The notes under the pieces are model-generated. The model searched no databases. It worked only from the letters and a program-made list of their open reading frames with translations, and was not told where the DNA came from. Made by a program: the position numbers and the translations under genes. Shown here in pieces: positions 28,401-37,731 of a stretch of 58,382 nucleotides of DNA; the first letter of the stretch is position 1; each line of letters opens with the position of its first letter. The stretch spans positions 1-58,382 of IMG/VR virus record IMGVR_UViG_3300048694_000413. One strand, written 5' to 3'. The stretch is from a virus. Lineage: Duplodnaviria; Caudoviricetes.

Positions 28401-29708
28401 AAGAAATCTTACTGTTGGATCAAAATCTCTATTATCTGGATATACATTCATTTGTGCATCAGTTCCCAGAACTTTAGTTCCATATCCAATTCTATTGACA
28501 GTAAATGCAATACCGTCAATGGTTGTAGTTCCTGTTAATGAATAATCAGTTTCATTAATTGATGCTGTTCTTGCTGTTCCGTCCCAACCAGTTCCATTCC
28601 AAAAGAGAAGAAGAGATCCATTCTTATTCATAGTTCCAACTTTTCCATGATTTGTCCATGTATCAGTTGACGCTTTATATGTCCAAAGGCAGTAGTCTTG
28701 AATAGTGTTTTGATATTCTGGCATAACTGTTCCAAGACCACTATTAAGCATTTTAATTACAATTTTATTTGTAGTTAATGTTTTATCGTAATATGCAAAT
28801 ACACCAACTGGAACATCTTTAGCAGTCATTGAAGCGGCATAATATGAAAGAGAATTAAGTCCTGCAAGATATACAGGTGCAAGTGGGTTTGTGGCAGCAA
28901 CTTTTTCATCTAAAGAAATTGATGTAAATGTTCCATTGATTTCTTGTTTTGTTGGAACTTTATATATAACACTAGATAGTGTTCTATCTAAATTTCTTTC
29001 TGCAACTTCTTCTCCTGGTCTAAATGGTCCAAATGTGTCTTCAATATCATAAATTTTTGAAATACCATATTCATATCTAGTAACCTCACAGATAGTAATA
29101 TCTGATATTAATGCAGGAGATGTTGCATATGCCTTATTAGATTCATCTGATTGCCTACAAATACTCACATACACTTGAGTGGTTGCTGTACTAATTGGTC
29201 TGTAATTTAACTTTCTTAATTGCCATTGAATTGAATTCATGCTAAATGTTCTAGTCACTCCACCAACTTCAAACCCAGATGAATTAACTTCAATAAATTT
29301 AAGCATAATCCCATCTGAAGTATTGTCTGCTGCTTTTATAAAAAATGAAAGTTTATAAGATTGATTATATACTGCTGGAAAATGAAATAAAGATGTAAAT
29401 GATGATGAAAGTGCAATTCCACTAGTAGTTGAACTCAATGATCTTGTTGAACCATAATTTAAAGAGTCATTTCTAATTGATGCTCTTTGTGACCATGTAC
29501 CGTCTGCCGTAAGAACAACTAAATTTTTATTTGTTCCTAGTAATGTAGTTGAATTTTGTGCTGCACCAGCATTTACAGAATTTACAGTAGAGCCACAAAT
29601 TCTAGGACGATTATAATTATTATGGTTCCATTCAAGTGTGGCTGTAGATGATACTCCTACTGATAATCCTTGTTTAATCAGATCTTGTGCTGCAGTATTT
29701 CCAAGCAT
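25425..29708 (-). CDS. Minor tail protein (Tal/hub-like)
   Basis: Follows the Dit-like gene; YFDEYG, EIIKY and C-terminal IEAFGNPLLTIGDVVKV hub-type motif. Confidence 0.75.
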   Translation of the reverse strand: MLGNTAAQDLIKQGLSVGVSSTATLEWNHNNYNRPRICGSTVNSVNAGAAQNSTTLLGTNKNLVVLTADGTWSQRASIRNDSLNYGSTRSLSSTTSGIALSSSFTSLFHFPAVYNQSYKLSFFIKAADNTSDGIMLKFIEVNSSGFEVGGVTRTFSMNSIQWQLRKLNYRPISTATTQVYVSICRQSDESNKAYATSPALISDITICEVTRYEYGISKIYDIEDTFGPFRPGEEVAERNLDRTLSSVIYKVPTKQEINGTFTSISLDEKVAATNPLAPVYLAGLNSLSYYAASMTAKDVPVGVFAYYDKTLTTNKIVIKMLNSGLGTVMPEYQNTIQDYCLWTYKASTDTWTNHGKVGTMNKNGSLLLFWNGTGWDGTARTASINETDYSLTGTTTIDGIAFTVNRIGYGTKVLGTDAQMNVYPDNRDFDPTVRFLEISPRLIVDVSSYITEYSVDKETDSGNLPTAVGLATANSASLKLENITRTFNGNTFSIFSDKTGISPFSKLNLIDKNVKARIKYNLLDSSGSTVDSNIPIFTGYVESWNISEDETELQLFDYSKILQRKNTIDTLLLTTDTSTISLTIVDCLKTIFEQNGFSDYMANSFDINPTLITATLLAYYTDAQKNMWENIQELLLPYGYLGYFDEYGMFNLTNYKSKSLTTPVFTFTDKYDETTSLQPNIVSLTENANDRIGKVTVNYNSIYKKYSTDPASNTSTFETVETPSTQILWEAGASDGVGFSNLRDGMKSSDNFIYLNQNLWNTEPEMSWLSYSGYAAIGTEIIKYNGQEITYPLSARITKALANSLGTSITYTGDNAFSIGQYVTIIGLTPTSLNQVNVQITAVTPSTFTVALTTAITANTASTTGSGLAIVPVTQTSIVRNEADLQYVLSKVRGLSPQNSSFKWAYTGKLLNVERGMFGTKARSHVAPGNITNITDAYPELKVNTSVSLAATSAATTATVATTCGYELRDNVSYMSLIGNSSLATLAYLDGKDSNSFNNYSYTFYIPSRDKNNISYTALTDDVVIIPIGYNPSNPSSSYYLYIPTAATTSAYETRLYYGNTIVAKSTFKLDAGEVQTTKKVTKVRGRKKTLTVKTYKSNKLKNVYIYIDSANNLQVYIDGSKISWYYKDVLVSSSNTSGSTRNDPNPRQYNLNRTGLAAYNRSGRSLAIGVYGNNNPINIDSITAWQDGDFAVSPKISRTVDLVNILHEGDSNINKAEPYFFGINPSVYGMQIYDVDLTSGPGYNQKVLVTSGSHEFKDSATSDITKIVQVPEEQSVVSPVVSTSFKSKFLYLNAGESFIPLSGQSSGNFNSTKIYGNAIQKTGEIQYVAESDRMLPNDSEIQISSDWIQSKENAENIASIILNSSIVSGNTFDIEAFGNPLLTIGDVVKVKYYKTNTVSDNYYMVTKANTSYSNGFNSSFTLRRIT

Positions 29709-30163
29709 TATGCTTCCTCAAAATCTATTGATGCATCCCAAAAGTCAACCCCGCCTAAACGCTTGTTAACTGTTGAATTAAAATCCTTAATAAAAACTGT
29801 ATAGGTTGCGGTAGGTGACGGATTTGTTCCTTTAGCCTGAGTAACTACACTTGTTGTTCCTGCATATAAACTTAGTGTCATTGACTTTCCATAATTATTA
29901 TTATAAAAATCTCTCAATGCCATTGCTCCAAGATATCCGTCTACTGTATGCGCTGAAAGACTTGGAAGCATTGTCCAACTTATTGAAAATGATTTTTTAC
30001 TAGCAACAACATATTTTCTCATCAATGCATTTGCCATTCTTTTAGATGTTTCAAATCTTTCATTTGATTCTTGAACGGGACCACGATTATGGTCAGACAA
30101 ATAATAATCTACTCCACCTACTGTTAATTTGATGAGTGCTGGTCTCCACATATTCATTGCCAT
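29708..30163 (-). CDS. Distal tail (Dit-like) protein
   Basis: Directly after the tape measure gene; RMANALMRKYVVASK...SWTMLP...IDFEE. Confidence 0.65.
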   Translation of the reverse strand: MAMNMWRPALIKLTVGGVDYYLSDHNRGPVQESNERFETSKRMANALMRKYVVASKKSFSISWTMLPSLSAHTVDGYLGAMALRDFYNNNYGKSMTLSLYAGTTSVVTQAKGTNPSPTATYTVFIKDFNSTVNKRLGGVDFWDASIDFEEA

Positions 30164-33100
30164 TATATTCTCACCATAGCCCCATTCTTCTTCATCATAA
30201 GTTCAAGTTTCTTGATTGCTTGATCTGCTACTTCTTGTGCGTCTGCTCCAGAAATATTAAACACAGCATTAATGCTACTATTATTTGTAGAAACCATTCC
30301 GCCTTCTGCCATTTTTGCTGCAGAAGGAACAACATATCCACCACCTGCAAACGCCATTTTATTAATAGATTCTATCATAGGAACACCATATTTTGCAACT
30401 GCTGCTGCATTAAGAACATACTCTCCATTTGAAAGCATTGCTGGAATAGAATCTGATGATGTTGTTCCTGGTCCAGATACAAATCCTCCTGTTGCAAAAC
30501 CAAGTTTATCTGCTGCAAGCATTAGTTTAACTTTTCCATCACCAGTCTTTAATAAAACTGTATTATGTTTTGAATCCATTGTTGGACTTATTTTCAAGTT
30601 TGCTGTAAGTTTCCATTGATTAATTTCTGCTGTAAGGGTTGACTTTAATGCTGCAAGCGAGTCCCTATACTGAGATGGATCAATTTTTCCTGCTGCTAAA
30701 GATTTTCTTAGTGCATCTACCTGTGTCTTATAAGCCTCTGTTTTTGTTGCCATTTCTTCTGAAGGCATTGTTTTCATAGTATTCCAGAGGTCTTGAGTGA
30801 TGCCTTTTATATCTTTTGTATTATATCCTTGGTCTTTAAGCCATTGAACATATCCCTTTTTTCCAGAAATTGCTGGATTTTTCATAAAAGCATCATATGA
30901 TTGTACTTGTTCTTTATTTATAGTAATTGAATCTAGAACGGCTTTATTCTTATCCTGAATAGCCTTTGTTAACTTGTCTTCAGTTATTGTTGAACCCTTA
31001 GAGTCTGAACTGCTAGACCCTCCGCCACCGCCTGATGACTTCTTTGCTTGCAAAGCATCAATTTGTTTTTGTAGAGCATCAATTTTTGCCTGGGCAGCAT
31101 CTTCCTTTGCTGTACCAGAAACTTCAGCATTTCTTTGAGCCTCTTGTTGAGATATTTGCTGTCTTAATTCTGCAGCCTTAAGAAGATTTCCAGAAGCAAG
31201 TGCGTCTCTTAAGTCATTTTGAAGGGCAAGTTTTGATTTTTCAAAATCAAGTTCTTTCTTCTGAAGTTCAAGAGCCTTCTTTCTCTCATCTTCCTGCTTC
31301 TTAATAAGATCAATCTGTTTTTGAAGAGCCTTAATCTTTTTATCTTCAATAGAGTTTCCACCTCCACCGCCACCACCAGTAGAAGAACTAGTTGTTTTTT
31401 TCTCTAGTCTTTTTGCTAGTGCAGATGTTGCCGATGATGTCGCTGTACCAATTCCAGAACTTATTGATTTTTGATTAAGAAGTACTTGTACTTCAACAGT
31501 TGTCATTTTAGGAAGATTCTCTAAGGAACCTCCGAGTCCTTCAACTGCTGCTCTTAGATATAATAATTTTTCTGCTGGAGTTTTATCCTTTAATTGATCT
31601 AAAAGACTAGCAAGTTGCGGCTTGTCTTTTACAATATTTTGAAGTGTTCTATTTAATGTTTCTCCGCCAACTGTAGTATTTGAAAAATCTTCATTACTAA
31701 GTTGCTGAACGGTGTCGAGGAATGTTTGTAAATCAGTATTTGTAGATACCAAACTTTGGAATGATGCTGTCATTGCATCTGCTGTATTTTGAACCTGATG
31801 ACTTAAGTCTCCACTGCTTGATACTGCTGGTTTTACATATTTATCTCCAGCATTTAATCCAGTAACTTCTAATGCACCTGTTACTGCTTGTGTTCCAGCA
31901 GATGGATTAACTTTACCATTTGTTCCATATAGGCTTCCAACATCAAAATTGGTTCTTGTAACACCAGCCTTTTCTAGATAGGCTGTTATTGCTGCCTGGA
32001 CATCTTCTTTCTTAACCCCTGCAAGAGCCATAGCAGTTGCCTTTTGCCTAACAAGGTCATCAATTTTCTTTTGGTCTGTTCCTGCTTCTTTAAGTTTATC
32101 AACAAAGGCTTTCATTTCTGATGTATCTGCAGCCTCATCAATAGCCTTTTTAAATCTTTCTACAGCAGTTGTTGCTTCATCTGTCTTTGCATTAAAATCT
32201 GGAATAGAAGCAGTAATGTCTGGAATTGTTACTCCAAGTGCTTCAAGTTCTGACTTAGTTACACCCATTGAAGATCTTAGTCCAGCGGCTGCAATTTGTG
32301 CTTCCTTTTGAATATGCTTAAATCCAGCAACTACAAGAGGTGCTGCGGCTGCAACTGCCACAAGTGGACCAAGTAGTGCGCTACCTGCTCCTAGCATCAT
32401 TGGCAATATCGATGCTGCCATACCACCTGCCATTAAAGATTGTCCCGCTGTTGCCACTCCTCTGTTTTCTGAAGCCATCATAAATCCACCAGCCATAGAA
32501 GCACCCATTCCAATTCCCATAACCCCTGCTTGAGATACTGGTCTTCCAAACATATTAATTTTGCCTTCGGGATATCTGTTTGCGAGTGTCTCTTGTCCTG
32601 GATGATGTGCTCTATATTCTGCTGTTTCAATAGATATTTCTCCAATTAACATATCTTCTGCATTAATTAATTGAACAATTGTATTTCCTTCAGCATTCTT
32701 CATTGTAACAATTTTTTGAGTGGCATTTATTTCTTCTTCTGTTACAGTTGCTAAAGCCTTATATAGATTTTGATATTGCTGAACTGGTAAAACTCCAGAC
32801 AATTGTGAACGAATCATACTATTCATTAATGCTTGCTGTGATGAACTTAATGATGCAAAAGTTCCAGATTTAACTTTTGCTGCGGTTTCTTCAACTGCAG
32901 TAACTAAATCTTCTATTGCAATTGGTAATCCTGAAGCAACATCTGAAGCAATAATCATAATTTGCTGTAATCTTCCAATTGCCTCTGCTCCTGCACCAGT
33001 GGCTTTTTTTAGATTTTGTAATTCTGGAATTTCATCTTCAGCCCACTTTGCAAGTACTTCTCTAGTTGCAGCCTGTTTTTCTTCAAGCGTTACGCTTGTC

Positions 33101-35721
33101 GCAAGTGCTGCGGTTAGTTCTTTTTCTAAATTACTTTTTAGTGACAAATACTCAGCATCACTTGAAAGAATAAGATTTATTTCTTTTTGAAGTCTATCAG
33201 TAATTTCAACTTCTCTGGCAATTCTATCATGTATGTTAGTAATTTTTGATGCAGCCTTTAATTCTATTTCTGCAAGGGTTTGTCTTTCCTTTATTGTTTT
33301 TCCTAGATCGGACTCTGTATTTGCCATTGCAATTCTTGCAGCCTTCTTTTGAGATTCAACTGCAATCATTTGTTGCTCTGTTTTATATTGATTCTCTAGT
33401 GCTGCATGTACTTCTTCAAGGGTAACATGTGTGCCGCTTGCTGCTAGAAGCCTTTGAGTTTCAATTGCCACTATTTGTCTTTGTGTCTGTGCTTCCTTTT
33501 CATATCCAGAAAAAACTACAGTCATTTTATCGCCAACAGCACTGTTAATTTCTGTACGATATCTTTGTAGTCCAGCAACACCTACATTGCTAATATTTGT
33601 CTGCAGAGTAGTTCTAGAACCCTTAGATGTACCAGCATTAGGTCCAAATAATTGTAAATCTGCATTTGATTTAATTTGAGCAGATGGAACATAGTGAGAT
33701 CTAACTATTCCTTTAAATGCTTTTGTACCCTCATGCATTAGTCCAATTTTTGTACTTCCTAAGTTGCTAGCCATATTGCTTGCAAGTACTGGATTTGATG
33801 CTGCTGCTACTGCAAGAGCCTCTAGTGCTGAAATTTGTTCTCTAATAGCCATTGTTACTGCTTCAATTGGTCCAATAGTACGATTCATCTGCTCGCCAAA
33901 AATCTCTTCAGCATTTGCAGCAGCGACTTCTTCTTCTGTTTGCAATCTAAATGATTCTTTTAATACTTTAAGCGGATTAACACCTTTTGTAATAATTCCC
34001 ATGAAAAGAGATGTCATATTAGCACCAATCTTCATAAATGTGCCAAGGAGGTTACCCATCAAACCTGTAATCATAACTACTGGACCAGCAAGTAATGTTA
34101 TCCCGCCAAATACCTTTAAGAATGATTTAACTGGACCTGGAAGATTTGCGAGGGTGTCTGCGAAGTGTGTTATTGTTTGAATAAGATCTGTAAAAATATT
34201 AAGAGCAGACTCACCAATTGGAAGTAAAGTATTTTTAAATGTTTCCATTGCAATTTTAAATCTACCTGATGCTGATTGTTGAATCTTCTTTGTCTGCGCA
34301 TCTGCAATTCCAGCAAGGTCTGCTGCAGATAGCCCCATCATTTCAATAACTTTAGCAGACTGAGTTCCTGTTTTATTAAAGTTATCCATAAGTGCAGCCA
34401 TACGAGCAAACTGGAACTTACCAAAAAGTTCTGCGATTGCTTGTTGACGCTTGAGTGATGGTAATTTATCTAATTCTTGCTGAAGCGTTGTAAGCATTCC
34501 TACTAGATTTCCAGCATTATCAGTAACAATTGATTTAATATCAATTCCAAACTGCTTTAATGTTGCTGATGTTTTTTCTGTAGGATTAATCAATCTACCC
34601 ATAGAAGTTTTAATTGCGTTAGCCGCTTCACCAGCAGGAACTCCACCTTCTTTTAGTGCAGTCATAATTGCAACCATGTCTTTATATGAACCACCAAGCC
34701 CACGAATAACTGGACCAACTCTTGGAACTGCTTCAATAAGGTCAGCCATGCTAGTTGATGTTGCAGCCTGGGCAGCATTGAAGAAGTTTACTGCTTCAGT
34801 AAGACCATCTGTATTAAGTTTATATGCAGTCTGTAATGCAATTGTAGCCTTAATTGCCTCCTGCTTATCAGTTTCTCCAAGCACAACCATTCTTGATGCT
34901 TGTGCAGTTGATTCAAGTAGTTGCTTTCCTTCTAGACCTGCCGCTGCTAACTGTGCTGCCGTATCTGTTACTTCTGATGCAGAAATACCTAACTGCTTAC
35001 CAAGGTCTTTTGCAAGTCCCATGACCTGTCCACGAATTGTGGAAATTTGAGCATCTGATGCTTGTTTTACTCCAACACCATATACTTTAGCCATATTAGT
35101 AAGATTTTTATCAACATCATAATAAAGTTTTGCAATTGCCGCTGAAGCCATTGTAATTGGCATAGTCAAGCCAGCGGTCAACTGACGACCTGACCACTGC
35201 ATATTTTTACCCCAGTTAATAACTTGAGTAGCACCCTGTTTTAATGTTGCATTTTGTGCAACAAGTGCCTCTGTAAAAACTTTAGTTCTTGTTGCAGAAT
35301 CTGATAAATCAACTTTATGCTGAGCGTAAACTCTAGCCATTCCATTGCCAAGATTTTGAATAATTGCCTGTTGCATAGCAACTTGACGCTGACCCAATTG
35401 ATTATAAAGACTTGTTTCCTTGGAAACACTTTTTAATGCATTTCTATAATCTTGCCAGTTTGTTTTCCCCTTGGCTACTCTTTGACCTAAATGCTCTGCA
35501 GCAGTAGAAAGAGATACCATTTTTGAGGTAAATTGACCAGATGCCATCATTGAATTATGGAATGCATTTCCAAGTGCTGTAATTTCTTTAGCACTTAGAG
35601 ATTTATTCATGGCTAATAAGCCAGCATTTGTAGATTTAATTTGTGCATCAAGAGCAGCGAGTTGGGTTTTTAATTGTCCAAAATCGCCTAGTGCTACTAC
35701 ATTTAATTCAATATTTGACAA
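30163..35721 (-). CDS. Tape measure protein (1852 aa)
   Basis: Very long Ala-rich helical ORF after the tail chaperones; TP901-type core, hydrophobic segments, C-terminal FATGGFVSGPGT..SDSIPAMLSNGEYV motif. Confidence 0.95.
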   Translation of the reverse strand: MSNIELNVVALGDFGQLKTQLAALDAQIKSTNAGLLAMNKSLSAKEITALGNAFHNSMMASGQFTSKMVSLSTAAEHLGQRVAKGKTNWQDYRNALKSVSKETSLYNQLGQRQVAMQQAIIQNLGNGMARVYAQHKVDLSDSATRTKVFTEALVAQNATLKQGATQVINWGKNMQWSGRQLTAGLTMPITMASAAIAKLYYDVDKNLTNMAKVYGVGVKQASDAQISTIRGQVMGLAKDLGKQLGISASEVTDTAAQLAAAGLEGKQLLESTAQASRMVVLGETDKQEAIKATIALQTAYKLNTDGLTEAVNFFNAAQAATSTSMADLIEAVPRVGPVIRGLGGSYKDMVAIMTALKEGGVPAGEAANAIKTSMGRLINPTEKTSATLKQFGIDIKSIVTDNAGNLVGMLTTLQQELDKLPSLKRQQAIAELFGKFQFARMAALMDNFNKTGTQSAKVIEMMGLSAADLAGIADAQTKKIQQSASGRFKIAMETFKNTLLPIGESALNIFTDLIQTITHFADTLANLPGPVKSFLKVFGGITLLAGPVVMITGLMGNLLGTFMKIGANMTSLFMGIITKGVNPLKVLKESFRLQTEEEVAAANAEEIFGEQMNRTIGPIEAVTMAIREQISALEALAVAAASNPVLASNMASNLGSTKIGLMHEGTKAFKGIVRSHYVPSAQIKSNADLQLFGPNAGTSKGSRTTLQTNISNVGVAGLQRYRTEINSAVGDKMTVVFSGYEKEAQTQRQIVAIETQRLLAASGTHVTLEEVHAALENQYKTEQQMIAVESQKKAARIAMANTESDLGKTIKERQTLAEIELKAASKITNIHDRIAREVEITDRLQKEINLILSSDAEYLSLKSNLEKELTAALATSVTLEEKQAATREVLAKWAEDEIPELQNLKKATGAGAEAIGRLQQIMIIASDVASGLPIAIEDLVTAVEETAAKVKSGTFASLSSSQQALMNSMIRSQLSGVLPVQQYQNLYKALATVTEEEINATQKIVTMKNAEGNTIVQLINAEDMLIGEISIETAEYRAHHPGQETLANRYPEGKINMFGRPVSQAGVMGIGMGASMAGGFMMASENRGVATAGQSLMAGGMAASILPMMLGAGSALLGPLVAVAAAAPLVVAGFKHIQKEAQIAAAGLRSSMGVTKSELEALGVTIPDITASIPDFNAKTDEATTAVERFKKAIDEAADTSEMKAFVDKLKEAGTDQKKIDDLVRQKATAMALAGVKKEDVQAAITAYLEKAGVTRTNFDVGSLYGTNGKVNPSAGTQAVTGALEVTGLNAGDKYVKPAVSSSGDLSHQVQNTADAMTASFQSLVSTNTDLQTFLDTVQQLSNEDFSNTTVGGETLNRTLQNIVKDKPQLASLLDQLKDKTPAEKLLYLRAAVEGLGGSLENLPKMTTVEVQVLLNQKSISSGIGTATSSATSALAKRLEKKTTSSSTGGGGGGGNSIEDKKIKALQKQIDLIKKQEDERKKALELQKKELDFEKSKLALQNDLRDALASGNLLKAAELRQQISQQEAQRNAEVSGTAKEDAAQAKIDALQKQIDALQAKKSSGGGGGSSSSDSKGSTITEDKLTKAIQDKNKAVLDSITINKEQVQSYDAFMKNPAISGKKGYVQWLKDQGYNTKDIKGITQDLWNTMKTMPSEEMATKTEAYKTQVDALRKSLAAGKIDPSQYRDSLAALKSTLTAEINQWKLTANLKISPTMDSKHNTVLLKTGDGKVKLMLAADKLGFATGGFVSGPGTTSSDSIPAMLSNGEYVLNAAAVAKYGVPMIESINKMAFAGGGYVVPSAAKMAEGGMVSTNNSSINAVFNISGADAQEVADQAIKKLELMMKKNGAMVRI

Positions 35722-35724
35722 GTA

Positions 35725-36030
35725 TTATTCACCTTCTTGCTCATACCCTAGACCCATGCCAATTCCAAACTCTGCTTGACGGTCTTTGAGTGTAGCAATA
35801 TCTTCCCTTTCTGAATCATCATCTAGATCAACCCCCTGCAATGCTGCAAAGAACTTTCTATCTTGACTTTTCTGTTCTCTAAAGGATTTTAAGGTAGCAA
35901 GTAATTCATCCATACTTAAACTATCTTCTAATTCTTCAAAGTTCTTCCAGTTACCTAGAAGAAAGATTTCGGCTTCCAGAGCAGCAATGTCTAATTCGTC
36001 CCAACGAGTGCTGCTCCCAGGAGATTTGGG
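35725..36030 (-). CDS. Tail assembly chaperone, -1 frameshift extension (gpGT C-terminal part)
   Basis: The -1 frame is open from CCCAAAT (36030-36024): PKSPGSSTRWDELDIAALEAEIFLLGNWKNFEELEDSLSMDELL... to stop at 35725. Confidence 0.8.
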   Translation of the reverse strand, partial: PKSPGSSTRWDELDIAALEAEIFLLGNWKNFEELEDSLSMDELLATLKSFREQKSQDRKFFAALQGVDLDDDSEREDIATLKDRQAEFGIGMGLGYEQEGE

Positions 36031-36323
36031 TCAGATGCCTTTAATCCTCCTGCAACTTCTAAAATCTTCATGACTGTAGGAAGAGTTACAAGTTCTTCAA
36101 TGTCTTCCTTTGTCTTATCAGAGAAGACCTTTGGATGTAGAGCCTTGAGGCAAAGAACACAGGCTTCCATGAATACATCCATCATATCTGTTTCGTCTTC
36201 TACATTTTCATTATTAATAACATCCATAAATCTGCGAAGAGCCTTAATTGGGAGCGGCTTAATAAGCACGGACTCCCCGTTTTCCAATTCTAATTCAAAA
36301 GTGTCGTAAACCTTAGTTGCCAC
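35991..36323 (-). CDS. Tail assembly chaperone (gpG-like)
   Basis: Between major tail and tape measure genes; GGAGG SD 5 nt before GTG 36323 (track start 36341). Confidence 0.85.
   Translation of the reverse strand: MATKVYDTFELELENGESVLIKPLPIKALRRFMDVINNENVEDETDMMDVFMEACVLCLKALHPKVFSDKTKEDIEELVTLPTVMKILEVAGGLKASDPNLLGAALVGTN
36024..36030 (-). other. -1 programmed ribosomal frameshift slippery site C CCA AAT
   Basis: X XXY YYZ heptamer in the correct phase; TGA in the -1 frame immediately upstream; hairpin 6 nt downstream. Confidence 0.8.
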
Positions 36324-36351
36324 TTTATCCTCCATTTTCACTAGTACAAAA

Positions 36352-36378
36352 ATTATACCAAAGTAGTAAGTAAATACA
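36352..36378 (-). promoter_or_regulatory. Putative late-class promoter (tail chaperone/tape measure unit)
   Basis: TGTATT-N12-TGGTATAAT. Confidence 0.65.
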
Positions 36379-36381
36379 TAA

Positions 36382-36414
36382 AATTAGGGCTAGGAATAAA
36401 TCCTAGCCCTAATT
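36382..36414 (-). terminator. Intrinsic terminator after the major tail gene
   Basis: AATTAGGGCTAGGA-TTTAT-TCCTAGCCCTAATT perfect 14-bp stem followed by T-rich sequence. Confidence 0.85.
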
Positions 36415-36435
36415 CAAATATTAAGTTATATTTAA

Positions 36436-37128
36436 TTATGCGCCATAAACACGGTCAATAATCTTGCCGTATTCTGAACCGTCATAAGCATCATTGTCGT
36501 CTGGAAGACAACGGAATGTTACTGGGAATACTGTTGCATCTCCACGCTTTAGACCATGAGAAACTGTATCCATTGCTACGACACGACGAGCAATGTAGAC
36601 ACGCTCCTTCTTCTTGATAGAAGAAGCGTCAACGCTTGACTCTTCCCCACCTAGTTTTGCTGGGGCATTTCCAATTGCAACAATTGAACGCTCAACTGGA
36701 GCAGTACCTAAAGCACCACCTGAGATGTTTAGAGTTGCAGTTGAACTTGCACTTAAAACAGTTAGAGCACTTACAGTTGACTGAACTGATCCTGAGTATG
36801 TAATTACTGAATCTTCCTGTCCAAATGCTACCTGCATGTTCTCAAGTGTTGCCTCAGCAAGTGATGTCTTTAGATTAACCTTTAGACCCTGCTTGAATAG
36901 ACGAGCAGCATCAAGTAGTTGGTCAACCATAACATCGCCGTAATCTGGTTCGTAAGATAGTTCAAGACCTTCTGTTGTGTAGCCCATTCCTCTCCAGTTT
37001 GTTGTGTCAGAAGCAAGTGTTGTTGCTGCTGGAGTTCCTGCTGAGAGTGATAAGTCTGCTGGACGCTTGCCCATCCTTGAAATCCAAAGATCTGCTGCAC
37101 CAACGATGATATTCTTTACATTTGCCAT
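36436..37128 (-). CDS. Major tail (tube) protein
   Basis: NIIVGAA...GYTTEGLELSYEPDYGDVMVDQ...TSLAEATLEN...FPVTFRCLPD; position and downstream terminator agree. Confidence 0.88.
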   Translation of the reverse strand: MANVKNIIVGAADLWISRMGKRPADLSLSAGTPAATTLASDTTNWRGMGYTTEGLELSYEPDYGDVMVDQLLDAARLFKQGLKVNLKTSLAEATLENMQVAFGQEDSVITYSGSVQSTVSALTVLSASSTATLNISGGALGTAPVERSIVAIGNAPAKLGGEESSVDASSIKKKERVYIARRVVAMDTVSHGLKRGDATVFPVTFRCLPDDNDAYDGSEYGKIIDRVYGA

Positions 37129-37133
37129 TTTTT

Positions 37134-37152
37134 ATTTTTCACCTACCTTTTT
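37134..37152 (-). repeat. 19-nt leader/SD element, copy 1 (major tail gene)
   Basis: AAAAAGGTAGGTGAAAAAT, identical to 41374-41392. Confidence 0.85.
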
Positions 37153-37185
37153 CAATGAATCTGGTATGGTTACTTCCTCAGAATA

Positions 37186-37212
37186 ATAATACCAGATATC
37201 AATGTTAATACA
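37186..37212 (-). promoter_or_regulatory. Putative late-class promoter (major tail gene)
   Basis: TGTATT-N12-TGGTATTAT. Confidence 0.6.
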
Positions 37213-37218
37213 AAGATT

Positions 37219-37731
37219 TTACATAAATCTGTTATGTGAATCTAACTCACGGGAGTATTTATAGGTAACTGTTACCTCTCCCATTTGCCTTCCGCCCTCT
37301 TCTTCATAGGGTGTAGGACTTTGAGCACCAGAAAGAGTGAATGTAAAAAACTTAAACTTTGATGTTGACAAATCTTGCCAAGCATTTATATCTGTTGCTG
37401 TCTCATCCATTCTTCTGAATAAATCTATCATAAATTGAGTTATCTCAATAATCTTTTGGAAATCTGAAGCAACAATAGTAAATACTAATCTTTCTTCACA
37501 AATCCACCATTGTTCGTCATATGAAGCAATATCATAATCATAAATGATATATGGCTTATTACCCATAAGATTGTTAAATTCTGGAACCTGTTGTGTTGGG
37601 ATAATTGGTACAAGTGGGGCAGTGAAACCATCTGCAATATATTCATATGCAGAAAGAATATTTGCTTCCTTTAACTTATCCCAAAGAAAACCTCTTACTG
37701 CACCGAATGCTGTATCTGCGTAATTTGTCAT
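37219..37731 (-). CDS. Tail terminator / tail completion protein
   Basis: PIIPTQQVPE...PYIIYD; sits just before the major tail gene. Confidence 0.65.
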   Translation of the reverse strand: MTNYADTAFGAVRGFLWDKLKEANILSAYEYIADGFTAPLVPIIPTQQVPEFNNLMGNKPYIIYDYDIASYDEQWWICEERLVFTIVASDFQKIIEITQFMIDLFRRMDETATDINAWQDLSTSKFKFFTFTLSGAQSPTPYEEEGGRQMGEVTVTYKYSRELDSHNRFM

